Source of the DNA: Oceanispirochaeta sp.
GTDB taxonomy: Bacteria > Spirochaetota > Spirochaetia > DSM-2461
NCBI GenBank assembly: GCA_963663385.2
Contig: CAXXXD010000003.1
Location: 544,001-608,000, forward strand
DNA length: 64,000 nt
Direction of reading: 5' to 3'
Positions 58,649 to 64,000 of the stretch are shown here, one piece after another. Below the pieces are notes generated by a model, which saw nothing but the letters and a program-made list of their open reading frames with translations, ran no database searches and was not told where the DNA came from. The position numbers and the translations under genes are program-made. Numbering within the stretch: the first letter of the stretch is position 1; every line of letters starts with the position of its first letter.

Positions 58649-59092
58649 CTATTCGTAATTGTAATAGATGCTTTCGGCTTTATCTCCGTCTTCCTGTCCT
58701 GTTAATTTATCAAGCAGAGATCCCGTAAAGCCTCCCAGCTCATACTGATGTATATCCGATAGTTTTGCCCAGACATATTCTTCGGCTTCATCATTCAGGG
58801 TTACCTCTGTAGAATCCGTTTTACACAGATAATCCATAAAGAGAAAATGCCTGTCTTTGTAAAAACCGTTATTATAGAAACACTCTTTAATTCCCAGAGG
58901 TTTTATGTCTTTTATTTTTAATCCGGTTTCTTCCAGTATCTCCCTTCTCAGGGCATCCTCCAGCTTCTCTCCAAATTCGACATGGCCGCCGGGGATAACA
59001 TATTTATCATCCCATTTATGGGACTTGCACAGTAACACTTCGTTTTCCGGATTAAATATGACTGCGCTGACTGTCAATTCTGGGTATTTCAT
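58649..59092 (-). CDS. NUDIX hydrolase
   Basis: Nudix box GGHVEFGEKLEDALRREILEETGL. Confidence 0.92.
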   Translation of the reverse strand: MKYPELTVSAVIFNPENEVLLCKSHKWDDKYVIPGGHVEFGEKLEDALRREILEETGLKIKDIKPLGIKECFYNNGFYKDRHFLFMDYLCKTDSTEVTLNDEAEEYVWAKLSDIHQYELGGFTGSLLDKLTGQEDGDKAESIYYNYE

Positions 59093-59164
59093 AATTCCTG
59101 TTCCTCTCAATATGTGTACGAAGTCCAGCATTTACTCTGATATAAAAATCAGCCAGTTCTTCCC

Positions 59165-59533
59165 CTATGCCATAGGGCGAGCAGGTTTTCCAAATCTATC
59201 CTGGTAATTCACTTTTACCATTTTGTGCCGAATAACTCTTCCAGCAAACCCCGGCAGGGAAAGGCAGCCTTCAAAACCTGATTCCTCTCCAGACATTTCT
59301 GTTATCTCCGGGTTTATCAGTTCATAATATTCTCCCAGATAATCAATAACGACAATCCTTTTCAGGAGAGAAATCTGAGGAGCTGCCAGCGCTGCGCCGT
59401 CGCCATGCTTTCTCAATGTATTTGATATTATATCAATTTTCCTGTGCAAGCCCTTATGAAATACTGTGACAGGTGAACATTGCGCTCTCAGGCGGTTATC
59501 TCCAAAATGTATAATATTTTCCTGTTTGCTCAT
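59165..59533 (-). pseudogene. def: Truncated peptide deformylase
   Basis: Motifs GAALAAPQ and EGCLS are present. The ORF stops before the HExxH motif, which is also absent from the other two frames. Confidence 0.78.
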
Positions 59534-59576
59534 ATAAAATGAATTCTTCAGATAACACGATTTGCGCTAAGCACTA

Positions 59577-60044
59577 TTATAAAATTCCGGGAATAAACAT
59601 CCATTTTACTGATTTCTGATATTCTCGATAGGAATCACTCATACTTCTAATTAAAAACTTCTCTTCTTCCTTTGCTAAACTGAATAACACAATGGATAAA
59701 AGAGTCGGTACTGGAACGGTAAAAACAAAATTCCAGGCAATATATATTCCCCATGTAATCATAAAAAGGCTTAAGTACATTGGGTGTCTAACTTTAGAAA
59801 ATATACCGGAGGATATTATGGCTTTGATATTGTCAGAAGTTCTATGCCCGTCCTTATGGTGTTTATGGCACCGCATATGTATTAAAAAGCCCAGAAGGGC
59901 AATCGTACTTCCAATGATAATGGAATAAATAGAGGAAAAGAGGGCTGCCCAATGGAATATTTCACCGCATATATGTAAACCAAGCTGTATCAATAAAAAT
60001 ACGTTTATAAGAAAATCGGGCTTTAAATTCAATATACTCTTCAT
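59577..60044 (-). CDS. Isoprenylcysteine carboxyl methyltransferase (ICMT/PEMT) family membrane protein
   Basis: Motifs GIFSKVRHPMY, EEEKFL and Y.EY...V..FIP. AT-rich. Confidence 0.85.
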   Translation of the reverse strand: MKSILNLKPDFLINVFLLIQLGLHICGEIFHWAALFSSIYSIIIGSTIALLGFLIHMRCHKHHKDGHRTSDNIKAIISSGIFSKVRHPMYLSLFMITWGIYIAWNFVFTVPVPTLLSIVLFSLAKEEEKFLIRSMSDSYREYQKSVKWMFIPGIL

Positions 60045-60195
60045 AGCACTCTCTTTATAATAGGTTACTCAAGAAATCAGGGTATTTATTATTTAAAATA
60101 TTACCCCGGTTTACGATTGTTCCCTGCCAATATAACACATTCTATAACCTAGTCTCTACTATTCCAATGCCTTTTCCTCTCTGGTTTTCATTTAC

Positions 60196-60291
60196 ACTCC
60201 GGAACTGCATAAGAGTCTGGCTGTAAAATCAGCAGTAGAAGGCATTTCAATCAATAAGTATATAATTTCAAGAATTTCCACTGTTGTATAA
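60196..60291 (+). pseudogene. HicB-type antitoxin C-terminal (RHH) fragment
   Basis: Manual translation gives TPELHKSLAVKSAVEGISINKYIISRISTVV*. No in-frame ATG/GTG/TTG back to the TAA at 60145. Confidence 0.65.
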
Positions 60292-60420
60292 ATGAAAAAA
60301 AACCAAAATTGGACATAACACCAACTACACCCATTGCGTGATAACGGATACAACGAATATATCATAAATAGACATCCGCAGACAGAAGATTTTGTGATTA
60401 TATTATTGTAGAATCCAACC

Positions 60421-61164
60421 TTACGAAAGCAGCTCCCTCAGCATCCTCTCCCGGTTATTCATAAAGTACTTCGTAATCTGAAAATGTTCTGTATCCTCGT
60501 AATCCACCCGGGATATCCCCGTATCACTGAAGCTGTAGATGGTAGAGTGGGGGTAGGCGAGGAGCAGAGGGGAGTGGGTTGCTATGATAAACTGGGAAGA
60601 CTGCTCTACAAGCTGGTGAATCCGGCTTATGGCCGACAGCTGCCTGGCCGGAGAAAGCGCCGCTTCCGGCTCATCCAGAATGTAGATGCCGCTCCCGAAA
60701 AAGCGGTTCATCAGCAGAGAGAAAAAGGACTCCCCGTGGGACTGACAGTGAAGGGATGTTCCTCCGTATGAGCCTATTACAGGAGCGCCGAAGGAGCCTT
60801 CCCGGTCCATCGCATCAATATTGGTGGCCACATTGTAAAAGCTTTCGGCCCTCAGGAAATACCCGTCCTTCGGGCGGATGTACCCTTTTGAAACCTTAAG
60901 GTACTCATGCAGTTCCGAACAGGTATCTTCTGTAGAAAAACTGAAGTTTTTCGATCCCCCCTCGGGGTTGAAACCAAGAGCAATGGCGATAGCTTCAAGC
61001 AGGGTGGACTTGCCGCTGCCGTTTTCTCCCACCAGGAATGTGACCTTTGAGTCGAATCTCAGGGATTTCAGATTTCCGATGGCGGGAATATTAAAGGGGT
61101 AGGAATCCTTTCGTTCCCCTGAAGGCGGAGATAAGGTAATTCTGTTTAAATAACTCGAATCCAA
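60421..61164 (-). CDS. Stand-alone ABC/AAA-type ATPase (COG3910-like)
   Basis: Motifs GENGSGKS, LRAESF, SHGE, ILDEPE and ATHSP. TTG start after AAGGAG. Confidence 0.88.
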   Translation of the reverse strand: MDSSYLNRITLSPPSGERKDSYPFNIPAIGNLKSLRFDSKVTFLVGENGSGKSTLLEAIAIALGFNPEGGSKNFSFSTEDTCSELHEYLKVSKGYIRPKDGYFLRAESFYNVATNIDAMDREGSFGAPVIGSYGGTSLHCQSHGESFFSLLMNRFFGSGIYILDEPEAALSPARQLSAISRIHQLVEQSSQFIIATHSPLLLAYPHSTIYSFSDTGISRVDYEDTEHFQITKYFMNNRERMLRELLS

Positions 61165-61339
61165 AATCCGGGCTCCTTTCAATCTTCATCTGATAGCCTG
61201 AAGGCTGCATCAGCTGTATTTTCTATGATATACCGGATACTCTTGAAAAAATACTGCTTTTAAATCCCCTCATCATATGGTTTAATTAGAAAGAAATGAT
61301 ATAAGAAAGAATTCATAATAGATTAATTTGAGGATTAAA

Positions 61340-63223
61340 ATGCAGAATAGAACAAAATTCAACATGGTTACCCTTCTGCCGGGAGCCATCTTTTTCATTA
61401 TACAATTTTTCAGTTTACAATACCTGATAAAGCCCTCCCGGGGAGATCTATTCAGAATCCTGCCCTATTACGGAATCGTCGCAGTTATCTGCCTTGTATC
61501 GTTTTATGTTATAATACTGAAATTCAGAAAGCTGGCCCTGGCTGATATTTCGGAAATCCGGGGTGACAATGCCGTGTTTTCCGACTATCTGAAAAATCTG
61601 GGGGCTGTACCGGTCCGCTCTCTTTTAACGAGTATGTTAACAATGGTTATTGCACAGATCCTGTTTCAGTTTGTTTACAGTTTCTGCCTGATAATTCCTC
61701 CAGCTGTTCTTCTGTCCTTTGCAGGGCTGATGATCGGATATGGCTTTCTGGCTGCGGGCTTTACCTATGTTTCGCTGGATCACTATATTACGGATTTCCT
61801 GTACAGTCAGAAAGTGGTGCATTTTCCCCTGGAAAAAGTAGCTGCCCGGCAAAAATCCAAAAATATTATTGTCCCTCTGTTTATTATGATAATAACCCTG
61901 TTATCGACTCTCTTCCTCTCTCTGATGATGCTCTATAATGCCCCTCTGGTCACAAGAGGGAATGATACCGCCATTTTTCAGTATCTTATTGTTCAGGTGC
62001 TGCCGTCAATTTCATTCTTTTTTATAGTTGTGCTTTTTCTGGTGATGAACTGGGCGAAGAACAATTCCACCCTGCATAAGATGATAACAAACCGGCTGGA
62101 AGACATGGTCTCCCATGATAAGAATCTGACCCGCCGTATTTACATATCCTCAGTGGATGAGCTGTCTGTTATCAGCCGTCATGTTAATGAATTCAGCAAT
62201 ATGATTGCCGACTATATAAGGGAAACCGGAAAAGTTTACGGAAAGCTGGATAAAAACCAGAAGGAACTATCCCTGTGCGTAGACGAATCCTCCTCTGCTA
62301 TCGGGGAAATATCCTCATTGCTGGACAAGACGATTGAATCTGTCGCGTCGGTAGACAGAATTGTCAAGGAAAACAGAATCACAGGAAAATCCCTTGCCGA
62401 AAACGTGGCAAAAACTGTGGAAGGCGTGGAAGGGCAGTCTGCCAGTGTCGCCGAATCGTCTGCTGCGGTAGAGCAGATGATTGCCTCCATCTCCGAAGTA
62501 ACCAGAAGAACGGGGAATGTCCGTGAAAATACGGATAATCTGGTACGATCGTTTCAGGACGGCGAGGACCGGGTCAATAAAACCATTACCTCCATCTCAG
62601 GGGTGGCGGAGCTCTCCGAAGGCCTGATGGGAATCAACCAGCTGATTTCCGGAATTGCCGCCAGAACCAATCTGCTGGCTATGAACGCTGCAATCGAAGC
62701 AGCTCATGCGGGAGATGCGGGAAGGGGATTTTCCGTCGTAGCCGATGAAATCCGCAAACTGGCGGAAAATACGGCTTCCCATACAAAATCCAGCAGCGAA
62801 AACCTTAAAAGAATCCTGGATGAGATTCAGGTATCCCTCAAGGCTGCCAAGTCTACCGGTATTTCCTTTAATGGCATGAAAGAAGGGGTCCTGCATATTC
62901 AGGATGAAACCCTCTCTATTGCAGAATCCATGTCCGAGCACGACAGGACCAACAGGGAAGTGCTCAAGCAGTTGACCCATACACGGGAGCTGGCGGAAAA
63001 CCTTGATCAAATTGCACAGACCCTGACCAGTCAGAGTAAGAGTCTGATCGATGATTTGAAAGTACTGGATGATGAATCGGATATCTCCCTGGAGTACGGT
63101 GCGGAAATGAAAGAAAAAAACAACCTTGTCAAAAAAGGGCTGGAGCAGCTGCAGAATGTCTCTTCCGTCACTCAGGAGCTGAACAGACAGACCCGTGTCA
63201 TGATTGAGTCTTTTAAGGTTTGA
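61340..63223 (+). CDS. Methyl-accepting chemotaxis protein with a multi-TM sensor region
   Basis: Signalling hairpin [34 protein letters not shown] and a HAMP domain. Confidence 0.94.
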   Translation: MQNRTKFNMVTLLPGAIFFIIQFFSLQYLIKPSRGDLFRILPYYGIVAVICLVSFYVIILKFRKLALADISEIRGDNAVFSDYLKNLGAVPVRSLLTSMLTMVIAQILFQFVYSFCLIIPPAVLLSFAGLMIGYGFLAAGFTYVSLDHYITDFLYSQKVVHFPLEKVAARQKSKNIIVPLFIMIITLLSTLFLSLMMLYNAPLVTRGNDTAIFQYLIVQVLPSISFFFIVVLFLVMNWAKNNSTLHKMITNRLEDMVSHDKNLTRRIYISSVDELSVISRHVNEFSNMIADYIRETGKVYGKLDKNQKELSLCVDESSSAIGEISSLLDKTIESVASVDRIVKENRITGKSLAENVAKTVEGVEGQSASVAESSAAVEQMIASISEVTRRTGNVRENTDNLVRSFQDGEDRVNKTITSISGVAELSEGLMGINQLISGIAARTNLLAMNAAIEAAHAGDAGRGFSVVADEIRKLAENTASHTKSSSENLKRILDEIQVSLKAAKSTGISFNGMKEGVLHIQDETLSIAESMSEHDRTNREVLKQLTHTRELAENLDQIAQTLTSQSKSLIDDLKVLDDESDISLEYGAEMKEKNNLVKKGLEQLQNVSSVTQELNRQTRVMIESFKV

Positions 63224-63297
63224 CAGTTCGTTTTCTATTCTATAATAATTAATATAATATTCTTTAATTCACAGTTCTGGGAAGGAGCCTGTTACAA

Positions 63298-63702
63298 ATG
63301 GAACAGCAGGAGTCACTGAGTAGGAATCAAGATGGAAACGAAACCATCCTGATTGCAGAAGATAACGAACAGGTCAGAAAACTGGCAGAGATTATCCTTG
63401 AAAACAATGGTTACTCCGTACTGGCTGCAGAAGATGGCGAGGCAGCTATGGAGATACTGCAGACTTCCGGAGGAGGGATAGATCTCCTTCTGACAGATCT
63501 GCTTATGCCGGGAATGAACGGCAGGGATCTATTCTTAAATGCAAAGAAGATATACAAATCCATAAAGGTCATCTATATGTCAGGCTATACGGATGATATT
63601 ATTTCTCCCGAGCAGGATCTGGAACCGGGAGTTTACTTTATTCAGAAGCCCTTTACCATCAATCTGCTGATCGACAAAGTCAGGGAAGCTCTGGATTCCT
63701 GA
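63298..63702 (+). CDS. Single-domain response regulator
   Basis: Motifs AED, TDLLMPGMNG, MSGY and KPF. Confidence 0.92.
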   Translation: MEQQESLSRNQDGNETILIAEDNEQVRKLAEIILENNGYSVLAAEDGEAAMEILQTSGGGIDLLLTDLLMPGMNGRDLFLNAKKIYKSIKVIYMSGYTDDIISPEQDLEPGVYFIQKPFTINLLIDKVREALDS

Positions 63703-63801
63703 CTTTTACGGGGAATCGCCTGATTATACGGCTGAAGTGATTGAAAATACAGCCAATATATAATAACTAATAATTAACCAATAACAAAAATGAGGTAGTT
63801 C

Positions 63802-64000
63802 GTGACGGAATGTGAGTTAATTGAAAAATGCCCTTTTTTCAACGATGCTCTGGGTAACAGGCCAGATACTGTTGAAGAAATGAAAGTAAAATACTGTAAA
63901 AGCAACAACCTGAACTGCGCCCGCTATATGATAGCGACCGCGGTCGGTAAGGAACATATACCCGCCGATCTATACCCGGACCAGAAAATGCAGGCCTACG
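63802..64000 (+). CDS. Small Cys-rich hypothetical protein, runs off the window
   Basis: GAGGT RBS and GTG start. Manual translation gives MTECELIEKCPFFND...KYCKSNNLNCARY...PADLYP. Confidence 0.7.
   Translation, partial: MTECELIEKCPFFNDALGNRPDTVEEMKVKYCKSNNLNCARYMIATAVGKEHIPADLYPDQKMQAY

Larger units (their letters stand above)
59550..60332 (-). mobile_element. Degenerate attC-like sites / eroded integron cassette array
   Basis: GTTAT core sites on the - strand at 59550-59556, 60130-60136 and 60313-60319 bound AT-rich single-gene segments. Confidence 0.45.

Noticed and set aside
60421..61164. ATPase as an anti-phage defence system component
   Set aside because: There is no adjacent nuclease or effector partner, and it fits the common stand-alone COG3910-like type.

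Overview
Bacterial chromosomal window, most likely from a free-living anaerobic spirochaete. That assignment is an inference from the MurE DEDPR motif plus a FemX, a FapA/DUF342 gene and the overall gene style. Bases 1-29 kb are mostly housekeeping: a cN-II-type 5'-nucleotidase, ppk1, pfkA, ddl, murE, topA, ftsH, hflKC, metG, femX, fhs, trmL, rel, prmC and prfA. The most notable feature is a Pel-type exopolysaccharide locus at about 29.2-41.3 kb. It has a translationally coupled pelD-pelE-pelF-pelG operon and a divergently transcribed ~1230-aa exported protein (putative carbohydrate-binding module, TPRs and a C-terminal beta-barrel; a PelB-like candidate). Downstream lies a lipoprotein / exported C-N hydrolase / diguanylate cyclase operon, and no recognisable pelA or pelC is present in the window. 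The right half carries signalling genes (HDOD, two HD-GYP, FapA, MCP, response regulator), a TAXI-TRAP transporter, an internally deleted cmoM/smtA-like gene and a DUF1638-hydantoinase fusion. An AT-rich stretch at about 58.6-61.2 kb looks like an eroded integron cassette array, with GTTAT core sites, a hicB remnant and a truncated def. No rRNA, tRNA, CRISPR array or transposase was seen. All protein calls come from motif recognition by eye; no database search was run.
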